Shown here: piece after piece, positions 44,770-60,639 of the stretch
Layout: each line of letters opens with the position of its first letter
Position numbering within the stretch: position 1 is the stretch's first letter
Assembly (NCBI RefSeq): GCF_009914755.1
Contig: NC_060928.1
Strand: one strand, 5' to 3'
From: the human T2T-CHM13v2.0 reference genome, Homo sapiens
DNA length: 64,000 nt
Made by a program: the position numbers and the translations under genes
The notes under the pieces: model-generated
Told to the model about the DNA's origin: nothing
Databases searched by the model: none
Seen by the model: only the letters and a program-made list of their open reading frames with translations

Positions 44770-46973
44770 TACACTGCTCAGATGATGGGTACACCAAAAT
44801 CTCAGAAACTACCACTAAAGCATTTCTCCACGTAATCAAAAACCACCTGTTCCTCAAAAACTATTAAAATAAACAATAAAAAACCAAAATGCCTTATCTT
44901 GCATGTTGCAAATCTCTTAAACCTAAGCTTCTCTGGTCTGAGGTTCTTGTGATTGTTCAGAGTCCTCAGATGACAGTGATTTGCAAAGAACGGCCTCTCC
45001 ACTACACAGGTTTACAAAAGGGACATTAATGTGTTTTTATGTCCCACAAAGAAATTTCCCTGCTTAGAGTTATATTCCCTTTCAGCGCTATTCCCCCCGC
45101 TGTCCTAATGTCAAAGGAAACCTGTTCATCAGAAGAGCAAAAGAAAATAATTAGAGAATGGTAAACCATAGTTCCTTTCATACTCAGTAGAAAGTGAAGA
45201 GACCAGTCTCAAAGGTACCAAGAATGTGAAGAATTTAAACTTCTGGAAGATGAACAGGGATAAGGAACAGGGCAAAACTGGAATTCTGAATGAAGAAAGA
45301 AGGAAATAATTAGAGGAACACACTGGAGAGATTTCAGACTTGAGGGCAAAACAAAAAAAAACATCAGGGACCTACAAAGAATGACTGAATCCAGTGTCAT
45401 GGATGGGAAAAAGTAAACTGGAATAATATTACGAGAAAGTAAATCAGTGAGTCAAAAAATGGCTAAAGATAAAAGAAAAATAACGGAAAAAGTAGATTAA
45501 AAATAGAAAAGAAATTAAAATCAGGAAAAAAATTATCATATTCTTATATTTTACTTGACTTTCTTTGTAAAGGGGGGAAACTGAAATGAAACTATTCTTT
45601 ATGAAAACCAAATAAGACATCAACATGCAATGATTAATATATGTAATCATAGCATGCTATGCTGACCCTGTCTCATCTATGGAGAAAATAGAATAAACAG
45701 AAAAAAACACAAACCAACAACAGACTTCAAATACTCTGGCCTTTGAGAGACAACTTCTATAAAATGCTGATTTCTTTTTTTCTTGGATGAGCTTGTGAGA
45801 AGAGGGAATTAAATCTCAGGTATCCATTTGCAGCTTATCTGTGGTAAAGGAGCGTACAACATCCAGAGGGCAGTGCTGTCGCGGGAAAGGAGCTGAAACT
45901 TGTTGACTGAGACACTGTGCCTCCTAAAGTCTAACCAACAAGTGACCAGGCACTCAGCCAGTCCAACAGATGGGCATTAGCCCTGAAAGCAATGTGACCA
46001 TGTATGTTCATCAAGGTTGTTTTCTATAGAACAAAATTTTCACCCACAATTGTTCCAACAGCTGTTCACACTGAGCTTATGCACTTCCAGTTGGGAAGAA
46101 ATGTCATTGCCCATTCGTCTTTGAGTGGGATAAGCTTTCCACATGAAAAAAGAAATCACCATATAAAGGGGCCACTTAGCTGCAACAAAGGTAACTCTTA
46201 GGGCAGACGGAGCCATCCAAACCTCAAGAGGAGACCATTCTCTTGAGGTCACTTTCCAGATTGCTGACAGAAAGGCATCTCAGATCTCTGGTACTCTACC
46301 CTTCAACTCCCAAAGCACTTTGAGTTCTTTCCAGTAGTTTTTCATGTGTGTGTAACACAACTTTCACATGTAATTCTGATATTTTGTTTTACTTCAAATG
46401 TTGATACCCATAATAAGGAAATATTTTAGAGATCCCAAAGAAAAGTTTAGGACCAAATATTTAAATCATCTAAGATATCATTATTCCTCATGGGGACTGT
46501 AGTCCTCAGACCACACATTTTTCTCTATTTACCTCAAACCAAGGGTAATGTAGGCATTGAGGTGAAAACCACTTATATATACAGGTATTCCAAAGCAAAA
46601 CCAAACCAGAATAAGCTGGAATGATGAAAAAAAGAGAGATCAGAGGTGGATATGGCACTAAGTGATTTCAACATCTAAACTATTCAAAATATTTGATTCT
46701 TTCATTTAGCTTTCTTGTTTTTGAATATTGATTTACAGTTCCCCCCACTAAGGCCCTATGACTAACCTTGGAATCCTCCTTCCGCCCTTACGTGCAGTGA
46801 GTCTCCTGTCCTACCCCTGAATATATCTTGTTTCTGTCCCTTATCTTCATGGGTGCTGCCGTTAATATGTTTCAAGCCATCATAATCTAACCTGAATTAT
46901 TGCAATAGCGTTTCTTCTGGTCCTCCTCACAATGGTGGCCTGGTAGATTTTAGTGATTTTTTCTATATGCTAC

Positions 46974-47779
<806 letters not shown>

Positions 47780-49582
47780 CCACTATCTCCATAAACTTCT
47801 ATTAGAATAGCCATAACATGAAATGTTTATTACTTTCTTGTTATTTCACCTATTCAGATTTTAAGCTCCTTTAAAGACAGAAATAGACTTTTGTGTTTAT
47901 CAACAAAGACTCCAGTGTGCTGCCCATTACACAGCAACTCTCAGTAAATATTTACTGAATTCTCCATATGTTTCAAACTTTGACCCACCTGTTGGTTTAT
48001 GCACATGCCTAGCCAAGCCGTTTCCCAAGTGTCAGGCTAAATAATTGCTTTTCATCAGCCCTTCTCTTGTAACAATTCTATTTTTAAAAATACACCTATA
48101 ATAATTACCATATATCAAATTCAAGTGAGTGATAACTTTGATAACTATATCATTATCTAATTTAATCTAAACAACAGACTATAAAGTAATCTACAGGTAA
48201 TTGATGAGAAATTCTTCCCCCAAAGTCACGTAACTAGTAATTGATTAAACAAAGAGGGGTTTGACCAAAGCATGTCCCTATGACTGCAGCAGCCCTGTTC
48301 TCATCCATGCTGAAATTTACTATTTGATATCCAGAATCCCCAAAGAGTGAGTTTCTTGGACAAGAGCTGCATTTTATTTTCTGTATCACTTGTACCTGGT
48401 GTATCATCCATCATTTAGTACACATTCAGGTGAAACTTGCTTGTTGAAGAATAGATAAAAGAATGAACAAAAGTACCAACAGATTAATGGAATTTCTGTT
48501 ACGAAAGAGGAAGAATAAAAGAATCTATAAGTTTTCTGGCTAATCCTTCCATCTGAATGAAGCTATAAAATTTAAGCAGTATTCAAACAGAAAAAGAATG
48601 CCTTCTTCTGAATACCAGTCTCCCTCTAAACCAAAACTTTTAACTTTCAGCAATCTGGAGGACATCATTCATGTAGTAATCTTAAACACTTCATTTCTCC
48701 ATTAAATAGTCCATTTCTGAAACATGGACCTAAATTATAAAATCCATTTGCAAATCTTCTCTAGGATACTAGTGGACTGTTGGAAAATAACCACCAATGA
48801 GGACTTAAAATATGAATGGTATTAAATAAGGGAACATTCATGTTGAGTCAATTCTCTTGGACTTTGTTCATTTTACAGACTATTATTTCACATTTCAACC
48901 CAAATAGAAAAGAATATTTACATTTCAATAAACATTCTTGCTTAAATTCAAAATCTTTGAAATATGTGGAATGTATTCCCCACATTAGCACAGTATTCTG
49001 TGTCTTTGTGTAAAAAAGCATGCAAATTAATAAATTCAACAGTTTAGAAATAAAACTTTGGCAAAATCTTTGTGCAATATATTTGAAAATGAGTAATTCT
49101 GTAGGGTTTTCTATTTTATGATCTTTAGTGATAATATGTAGAGTGTCTGCATTACCTTCTACAGTTATTATTTCTTTTATAATTAGTAATGCTACTTCTG
49201 AGACAATTCTTAACATCCTACTCTCTGGAGGCCAGTAAGTATAGGCTTGACAGTTCTATCTAATTCAGAAGAATCCATCTTAATTATTTATTTATAAATG
49301 TCAATGCTATTAAACAGCAGGAAGAAGGGGAAGTAATATTATAGTCTTACCAATGCTAAAGAAATATTTAACACTAAATTATGAATTTAGGAGTAACTCA
49401 TCAATATCTGTATTTTGGTTTTGCCATTAGGCATTTAAATATAAACATTTTCCTACTTTCAGTCAATCCAAATTATAGCAGAATATTTCTGATTAATAAG
49501 AATATTCGACCTTCTTTCCTAAAAGTATTTACATTGCCACTTTAGAATTAATAGTACTCTACACAATTTGGTTTGCTGGATC

Positions 49583-49870
49583 AGCCAGGACAGGTTAGGG
49601 TTTCCTGCACTAACAAGCAACCCCAAAATCTTAGTAGATTAAAGTAACAGTTTAATTTTTATTTCTTATGATGTATTTCTAAAATGTGTCATTAGAGGAA
49701 CTCAGCTTATTGTGGCCTGTTAATGACACAAGATGACAGATGTCCTATCTTGATATGTCTTTCTGATCATAGTGGCAAGCAAAGAATAAAGTAGGAGGCA
49801 GTTCAATACTATAGTCTTGATATAATACATTTCACTTCTACACAGGAACCATTACTTAGAACTAATTGTA
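49583..49870 (-). mobile_element. MLT1-type LTR remnant
   Basis: ggttagg...taacaagcaaccccaaaatcttagt...ttaaa. Confidence 0.55.
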
Positions 49871-50553
49871 ATTCTACCCACCTTCGAACATGGCTGAGAA
49901 AATTCTTCCATATATTAGGATGGAGAGGAGAACAAGATATAGACGAACATTAGAAGTTTCTATTACATTTGCAAGTGTCAACTTGAAGTCACTCTGTATT
50001 TTTTTTTTACACATACAAATTGGAATTTCCGATTTGCAGGAACAGTTTTCTTTCATTGGTTTGCGTTTCAGATTTGGCCCCAGTGTAGATTTATTTTCAG
50101 GTTCTTAAGCCAAATACCTGTTCTTTTTTAAAAAATGATTACTATGTATTTTTTTATGTGTCTGACTCCATCTTGTCATAAAATACATTTCCTGTTGTTC
50201 TGCATCATAGGTAAAATGTGCAATACTCCCATGGCTTGCTTTCTCAAATTTCTAGCTTCATATTAGGTTCTGCACAAACAGATATCAGGAATTCCTAACA
50301 GCTATATAAAATTGACTGCTATAGGAGTCTTGAAATATCTACATTTACAACAATTAGAACACAGGATTAAAATTCCTACTTGATGTACCCCAATTGTTCT
50401 AATATTTATAATTACAAGAGATTCTTTGAAAAATTTGACACAATATTATTGTCACTTCTCTAAAATTATATAAATAGATTTTGGAACTTAATGTGTGTTT
50501 TCATATTTAGGATTCTAAGCCTTTAATAAGCTAGGAACATTTTAATCATTTGA

Positions 50554-50888
<335 letters not shown>

Positions 50889-51219
50889 CATTTTTGATAT
50901 TTTTATGTTTTGAATGATTAGGTACACCAAGTATCGTTTTTGAAAAAGCCTATGAACTTACATAGTCAACCTAATTAACTGATCGTCCTAAGACTAAATT
51001 TCTCTACTTTATTTCCAATCATATTATCTTGAAGTACCTATTTACATGTGACAATTTTTAAAATCTATATATTATTAAAGAATGAAGAGAATCTAGATAT
51101 CACCTTTAGTTATAATTCATATGAGTAATATGACACAAAATCTCTGAAATATGCAAATGCATTTGTCAAACTAACACAGAACTCCATTTTTTTCTTTTTG
51201 TTTTAAAAAGTGGTCTGGT

Positions 51220-51498
<279 letters not shown>

Positions 51499-52226
51499 AA
51501 AAAGTGGTCTGGTACATTCTTTTGTTGTTGTTGTTATTGGTATATAAAAAACTCAGTAAACATTGTCATAAAAATTCATATAAATAAATTTTCTAAAAAT
51601 ATATTTTGTTTTAGTTCCAAGGATTTTGGAATAAGGGAGAAAAAAATTCTGCATTCTAGAAAGCCTGACTGGTAGCAATGCACCAAAACTCATATGAAAT
51701 GAAGGATTTCCCTGAGAAGATGACACAGCACATTCTGAGTCAACCTTTGACACTTCTAAATCTTATTTTTGTCATAGCACACAGTGGCTATGCAATGAAT
51801 TGTATCTGAGTTGTTCATTTAAACAACTAAAATAGATAGATTGACCTGCAAATGGCTTTCTAGTCAACTGTGAAGGCAGGCTTTCATTAATATATATAGG
51901 CAGTAATTTAGCCTCTGCCTCATTAAATCACTAAGCAATGGTTTTACGTATCTTATAGAAAAACAGTCCAAGGCTTAGCTAGCCAAAGATGGAAGGTTGA
52001 TTGTCCTAGCTTGTATCAACTCGTCTAGTCCAGGACCTTGTATAATATGATGGTCATTTTAATGTCTGCTAGAAAAATTAATGAATCACTGGTAAAAACA
52101 AAAATCATTGTTTGCTCTTATTTTAATTGTGAACATTCAGATTTTGTGCTTGACCAATATGTACAACTAAGGAATTTTTCATTATAATTCTTAAAGTCCA
52201 GCTTCATAACACAGAAACAACTTTTT

Positions 52227-52500
<274 letters not shown>

Positions 52501-53249
52501 CAGAAACAACTTTTTATTAGATAACAGCATTGTCAGGATTATAAAGGAAATTTTAAATAAAGTGTGAAGGATTATAAAGAAAAATATTAAAACATTAAAT
52601 CCTTCACAAGTAGAAAAATGTAAGCCAACTAAAAATTTTGTGTTATTTTATAAAAATGAGCACAGTTAGGAATCAACATAAAAATCTCTGACATCAAATG
52701 CAAGCATCTTGGTAAGTATGCCTATTGGTTTACTTGGTGCTTATTTATAAACAGAAAATTGAAATGTTCTTAGTCATTTCTTTATCACAACTAAAATCTT
52801 TCTTCTATTCTTTCCCTTCGTGCATCTACTTCTATTTTTATCGCTAATTTATTTGAACTGAGTATGTCGAGAAGTAATTCAAATATATACTTAAAGTATA
52901 ATGAAAGTATTATAATGCTATATTAGCATGGTTATTTAACTAAAAAAATTGTATTTAAACTTTCTTTGCATTCTACTTCATTCATTTATGTGTGTTGGTG
53001 TGTGTCTGTGTGTGTGTAGGCATTTACTTTCACTTATTTACATGTATTACTGTTTCTAACTGAGCAAAAGTAGGCAATGTTGATAAAATTCTGAAGATCT
53101 TCCAAGGATTTCTAATAAAATTATTTTCACTTAAAACAAATCATCTTTATTAGTTCCTGAACCTCCTCTGCATACCCATGAGCCTGATATAGCAAAGAGT
53201 TGAAAACCTAATCCTTGTTTACCATGACCATGAAGAAATGAACGTTCTT

Positions 53250-53613
53250 TTTTTTTTTTTTTTTTTTTTTTATACTTTAAGTTTTAGGGTACATGTGCAC
53301 ATTGTGCAGGTTAGTTACATATGTATACATGTGCCATGCTGGTGCGCTGCACCCACTAACGCGTCATCTAGCATTAGGTATATCTCCCAATGCTATCCCT
53401 CCCCCCTCCCCCAACCCCACCACAGTCCCCAGAGTGTGATATTCCCCTTCCTGTGTCCATGTGATCTCATTGTTCAATTCCCACCTATGAGTGAGAATAT
53501 GCGGTGTTTGGCTTTTTGTTCTTGCGATAGTTTACTGAGAATGATGGTTTCCAATTTCATCCATGTCCCTACAAAGGACATGAACTCATCATTTTTTATG
53601 GCTGCATAGTATT
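53250..53613 (-). mobile_element. Young 5'-truncated L1 (L1PA2-grade, GCG/A 3' UTR type)
   Basis: Near-consensus L1HS/PA2 3' UTR, pure T tail, TSD tgaacgttctt (53239) / tgaacattctt (53614). Confidence 0.95.
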
Positions 53614-54499
53614 TGAACATTCTTAACACTGCATATTTCATTCAAGTTGCCTGTAGCTTTTGCCCAAAAGACCAGTGGTCCTAATCATTTAAAGATAAGT
53701 GACTTATTTACTTTAAAATAATTTTTTAAAATAGTAAACAATTAAAAGTCAGAAGGATTATCAGTGCTAATTAGAAAAAGATTCATGTTCCATTGCTTGC
53801 TCAATGTTACAATATCATGGGGAGGAACATATTCCATTCAAACAATTTTTACTTAGCAATATTTTCATAAGATGTTTTGCATATTTATGCTATATATGTC
53901 TAGTCAATTTTCTTTCTCATATTGAATAAACCCATCTAATGTATCCATTGTTTTCTTGTTACAAAGATTATTACTATGAGGAATTTGTGCATAAAGCTTT
54001 CCCATATTTTATATTTTTAAAATGGCTTCTGAGAAATCAAACATTCCAAAGGATATAGATAGTAATTATAATCTATTGAGATTTTACTATGTGCCAGTAT
54101 GTGAGACAAATATTTTTGACATTTTTAAATGTATATAAAACATTGTAAATTAAGTTCTAGTATCATATCCATTATAAAGGGAGAATTTAAAAATTAGAGA
54201 GATTTATTTGTTCAGAATCAAATTCCTAGCAAGAGGGAGTCAATAGTTAAAGTCATGTCTGATATTTTAGCACTAATTCTTAACCAATTCAATAGATACA
54301 GTGCTAATAGACAGTGACTAGAAGGAAGATGAGTAGCTTTCTTCCAGTTATGTTTCCATAAATGTCTTTTAATATATATTATACATCAATGGAAGCATAA
54401 ATTTTGGTTATAATACTTTTCCAAAATCCAGTTTTCTGAAATGTTAGGATATCTATCAATCTCTCCACTACTCACAGTAGTAGAACTTTACACCTAGCA

Positions 54500-54765
54500 A
54501 CATTAAATAAAATGAAGTTCCCATCAAATAACCTTGAAGTTGTGAACAATACATGCACAATGAATTTATAGCGTTAAAAGTCAGGATGTGGGTACTCCCA
54601 GGGTTGGGTGATAATGACAGTGCACCCAGGCAGCTTGTGGAGCAATGGTAAAGTTTTATTTCTCGATGTTGGTATATAGTTGGTGAAGTTTGTCATGCTA
54701 TACCATTATGATTCATGCATGTTTCTATATCTTTGTTATACTTCAGTTAAAATTTCCTTAAAAAT
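54500..54765 (+). mobile_element. Old L1M(E) 3' end fragment
   Basis: ggtaaagttttatttctcgat...tgttatacttcagttaaaa. Confidence 0.55.
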
Positions 54766-55774
54766 TAGTAGATGCACAGCTGTGTATGTTTTAGCTTCTG
54801 GAAACAGCAGTTAATGCTGGAATGATTGATCTACATTTTTAATTCTGGAAATTCTAACCCCTTTCTTAATCTGTTGGACCAGAACTAGTCACTGCCTTAG
54901 TCGGACTCCCCAACATCTTTCTGTAAATGTACTTAATTTTTTTCCTGTGATGATCCATTAATTCTAATCACGGTACTGGCATGTGTTAGAGGTAGCAAAT
55001 TGAGAGAAGGAGTGCCAGAGGCTTTTGACTAAATTATGCTTCACATGTTTAGTTTTCATGAGTTAAATTTGGTTTTTACTCAACTGATGGTTAAATTTTA
55101 GTGGGGATTTAAATTTTAAAAGAAACACCTCCATGTAGTAAGTAACCATCAGTTAATAGGATAGGATGTCAACACTAATATAGTCACCCAGCTTATAACT
55201 ATATAGGTATACAGAAAACAAATACACGTGGTTGTCATTACAAGAGTTATTCAACAGATAAAGCAAATAATCATCCATTTCAATGTATATTTAAACACTA
55301 TAAATACTGAAAGAAAAGGCTTATACCTAAATTAATTCATGAAGTAATACATCTGGACTACCAACCCAGATATTTTCTCTTAAGAACAGAAAATTAAACT
55401 GCAGCAAGCTAGTATTATTGCAATGTGGAGTGGCCAGATTGGTTACAAAATCGAAAGGAAAGGCATTGATGACTACGCTTCAGTCTGCACATTTATTATT
55501 TTGAAATTTACATTTGTTCATTCGATTGCACTCAGGTATAAAATCTATTTGTACCTATAATTACAATTATATAGCTATTTGATGAACAGACTAAGTTTGG
55601 CTTTAGCTATAAAGTCAGGCTTCTTAACATGTTTTCAGAGCATTCATGGGGCCACAGTATCCTGGTGTTGAACACATAAAGAAAATGTAAAAGAAGAAAG
55701 TGTAAAAGAAAAAAATAATAAGATAAATTTTGTCTAATTTTTACACCCTCTTTGTCTCATCTCTACAGCCCTGT

Positions 55775-56700
55775 TGATGTATGATTTTTCTCTCAACCCC
55801 TTCATTGCACTTGTAACAGGGGTGTCTCATTTATTCAGCCTGACATGCTCAAACTTTTGCAAAGGGAGCACGTGAGTGAGTGTGGGATCTGGCTGACTGC
55901 TTTGGGTGCTGGCAGGAGCAGGCTCCGTGTGGGCCCTGTGGCAGTGCCCAGGTGAGGGTGTCTGTGCCCCTGAAGTCCCAGAAGGCATGTTACAATGCTC
56001 TCTTAGCTCCGCCATCTGTGGACAGCGGTGTGTTATCAGCTTAGTAGGCTCTTTGCATTGTTGCGTGGGGCAGCTGCCCTCTGCCAGCAAGGGCAAAGGG
56101 CCAGTGTGACAGCCTTTTTTGGGTACCTGCACTCGGTAGGTCCCGAGCTCTTGTCCAGAGTCCAAGAAAAATGAGGTTGCACGGACACTTGAAGGATGGT
56201 GGAAACGGAGAATTTTATTTAGTGGTGGAAATGGCTCTCAGCAGAGAGAGGAGCTAAGAGCAGGGGCGGGGTGGGGGCGGGTGGACAGGCAGGTAATCTT
56301 CCCTGAAGTCCAGCTATCCCCAGCCATCTCTTCCCTGTAGTCAAGTTGCCTCTCTGAAGTTAAGGAATCTCCCTCCAAAATCCAGCTGTCCCTCTGAAGT
56401 CAAGTCACCTCTCTCTAGTCAAGCCACTTCTCTCTCTCTCTCTCCTTAGTGAGTCTAGGGTCTTTTTAGGCACAGGATGCGGGGCAGGGTGAGCCATAGG
56501 TAGTTTTGGAAAAGGTAACATTCAATTGGTAAGAAGACATTATTCAGAAAGAATCAACTGGAAGACAGCAGGCAAACCGGGATAGAAGTTCTCACTTTGG
56601 ACCATGGGTTTCAGGCTTTTTTGGCTCAAAGATGGGCTTTTGTCAGGGACCTGCCCCTGTCTGCCTATTATTTTTCTGCCTCCTGCCTCTACCACTGTCA
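55775..56700 (-). mobile_element. ERV1 solo LTR of the MER52/LTR27/LTR28 group
   Basis: tga...tca ends, tgatttttctc start, cctgcccctgtctgccta...tctgcctcctgcc end; 4-bp TSD ctgt/ctgg. Confidence 0.8.
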
Positions 56701-57303
56701 CTGGGCCTGAAATTTGGCATGTGTGCAATGACGCCTGATGTGTCTGATATGCTTCATGTAAGTAGTTCAGTTATGACCAATGTATATATACATTGGGGCA
56801 TGGATGCAATAAGTGTAATAGGAGTGATTTCATAGCTATAAATTAGGATAAACTGAGAGGGATATTATCATTTATGAATAGATTAATATTTCCAAAGAAC
56901 TTCACTCTGCTGGAGTAAAAACACAGCTTTATATTATTATTAAAAATTCAGCCTCCTGAACAAAACCCAGAAGTCATGAGTTTGTTTGTATTATGGAATA
57001 GAATGAGATGTACTCTTTATTCTGATAATAATGTAAATATATATCTGCATATCCAAAAATGCATTTTTCAATCTTGAATCGTGGTCATAAATCATATTAT
57101 TTTAATATTTCTATTTTGATATAATGTCTGGAGAAGGAAAAATAATACGAAATGAGAATTCACAACATTATGTTCAAACCTTTGGCAAAAAAAAGAAAAA
57201 AGAATGAGGCACATCACTATCTTCAGTGAATACATTATTTGACCTTACTGGTTTGAGATTCTCTATACATTTCCCAAAAATAAAAGGTTATGATTAAATA
57301 TGA

Positions 57304-57750
<447 letters not shown>

Positions 57751-59845
57751 TATTTCATATGCTTTCATATTAAATTTACATTAAGACTCAAACTTTATAG
57801 TTAAAGAAGCAGAAGACAGAGGAATACAAATGATCTAAACCTTCCAAAAGAATTTATGAACCTATAATAGATGCTATGTATAAAGCAACTTGGAGTTATT
57901 ATTTATCTAAATTATGCAGATTTTGTTTTGGTAGGTTGTTAATGGGAACAAGTGTCAATTAGGCAAATACCTATCTTATTGCTTGGATAGTTAAGATCTG
58001 AATTGAATGTTGTAATATGCTGTACATTAGGTTAACCAATAGTAGTGAAGCAGTACACCATTTTGGCTAAATTCTCTGGTTCAACAATTTCAATCGCCCA
58101 TGTAGAAATGTGCTCTTGATCTGACTGATCTGAGGGATCAAGATGATAAATATTTGTTGATGACACCACTGCTACCTCCAAACCTCCAATAAACTTTGTG
58201 TAAGAACTGCCAATGATACCTAATTGCATCTTACTGACCTAAAAACCATCTATCTTAGCAAACATGTAATTTCCACTTTGTAAGCACTGTCAGCACTCAC
58301 TGAAGCATTACCTACACACAATGACATTTGATGTCATGAATTCCTAGAACTAGGTATCCAAGGAGAAGCTCTAACAAGAAATTCAAAACTCTTTGCCAAT
58401 TATAAATAGTAATGTAACATATTATATAATTAGTTACAGAATCAGAACGTGAGTTTCTCTCTGAATAGAGACTGGCTCTTGTCTTTGTAGCTATATCATT
58501 GTGCCTGGAGCTTGTCAAGTATGCAATAAATAGTGGGTAAATTGAATTATTTCCCAGAATATTTGCAAGGAATCTAAATATATTACCATATAGCAATATA
58601 TCAGTAGTCTTGACAAGCCACATTTGCATCCATTCAAATAACTGCTGCTTTTGGAATGTGTGCATTTTATTTGCGCCTCAGTTTTCTAATTTATTTTAAA
58701 AATCACTTGACCAGATAATTTTAAATATCCTTTCGATTATACCTTCTAAAATCATGCCACAAAGATATTTCCTTCATGATTCCTGTTTTTTTTATGCTGT
58801 CATTGGTGCATTAAAATGACAATCTTATCTTAGATTCTTATTTATGGAGCAGGAAAATAAATGTATGGCAAGTTACCAAATAAATGACATTCCCAAGTTT
58901 GGAAGTCAGCCAAACTTGCTTTTAATCCAAATTCTACTCAGAATGTATGGGGCATTAGGGCTATATTTATATGATAAAAAAGAAGGGTCCTCTTTCTTGA
59001 TTTGTTCCATGCCCTGTAGATCTGAAAAAGCCTGAAACATCATTTCTAATAAGTAATATTTCCTTCATAGTAAGTTTCCCAGAGTAATGGAATATACATA
59101 TATATATGTATATTCCATCTATATATAGGTACAGATATATGATATATGTATATGTAAATATAGATGTGAGTGTTTATTGTATGTGTGTATTTGTGTATGT
59201 GATACCCAACGGTGCTCATATAAGGAAAGGAATATTGCAAAAAAACAGACATTAGTGAATAGATCATCTTTTGGTACAGAAGTCAAATATTTGAAGTCTG
59301 TTCCAGTATTCTTGTGGACAAGCTTTATGACCTTCAACAAGTCATCCTTATTTATTAGATACATTCTGATACACATAAGATGATAATATACTCTTTTTCC
59401 AAGGTTGCAAATTTCATTTCCCAAATGTTCTCATCAGTTTGTCTCAGACACTTTTTCTGAATCAGTCATATTACACCTCTCGACACTCCATAGACTGCTT
59501 GGTTAGGAGTGTAACCAGGCAAAGTCTGCAAGTGTGAAAAAACAATCAAGGGTGAGATGGGCTATGTTATCATGGTGGGATTAAAACATAATGGATTACA
59601 ATTATTGAACTCCCCAGGTTTTTATTTTTAATTTTTATATTACTCCTTTCTAATATGAGTTGTGTACATTTGAATGTTACTATAATTATTTTTTGTTAAA
59701 TTAAATACTTTCAGTGTTTAATTAAACCAAAAGTATTTAATTTAACCCCACAATATTATGATCCCATATTCTACACTACAGAATTTGTTGACCCACTTAC
59801 TGCATTATGGCAGAGTTTTAATTTAGTTGCCTAAGTAATGTTTAA

Positions 59846-60136
<291 letters not shown>

Positions 60137-60639
60137 TGAATAACCTAGAAAAATTATGGGTATAACTTTGTCTATGACAATTGAAAGTTCTACATTTAGC
60201 ATCTAATTTAGGATTAACTTTTGACATGAGTGAAGCACTAAGTCTAGAGAACCATGTCGCGATGAAAAGACGGAAAAGCAAACACGGTAAGCAGCTCCTC
60301 TCCGGGGAGCCAGAGTGTAACACAACAAGAGAAGTGAGTGAAGCAAAAAATCATAAATGCCTCTGAAATAAAAAGGCTAGAAATAGATACATTTTATTTT
60401 GCATCACCAAATATTGTTTCCTTTACATAAGTTTCATTGTTTGTGCCATCAACACAGGGGCTGTCTGTCATTTCTACGATGTGGTTATAAATGTGAATGA
60501 CTCACCTCGGCCCAGTGACTGCAGAGGACTCCCTCCCATGGTGAGGCAAGGATATCAAATAATGCTTCCACCCATTGTGTGGGCACTGGGGGCAGTGCAC
60601 AGTTCCTAAAGGTGAACTGTGCAAGTAGTTAACAGAAAG

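Larger units (their letters stand above)
43420..44885 (+). mobile_element. L1PB1-like 3' end, interrupted by a THE1 LTR and partly duplicated
   Basis: ORF2 3' sequence; 3' UTR gtgggagctaagctatgaggatgc|aaaggcataagaatgata; A-rich end. Confidence 0.9.

Noticed and set aside
39424-44885. Idea that the L1 pieces at 39.4-40.3 kb and 43.4-44.9 kb are one element split by 3 kb
   Set aside because: They appear to be different subfamilies, L1 sequence is missing between them, and no TSD brackets the intervening DNA
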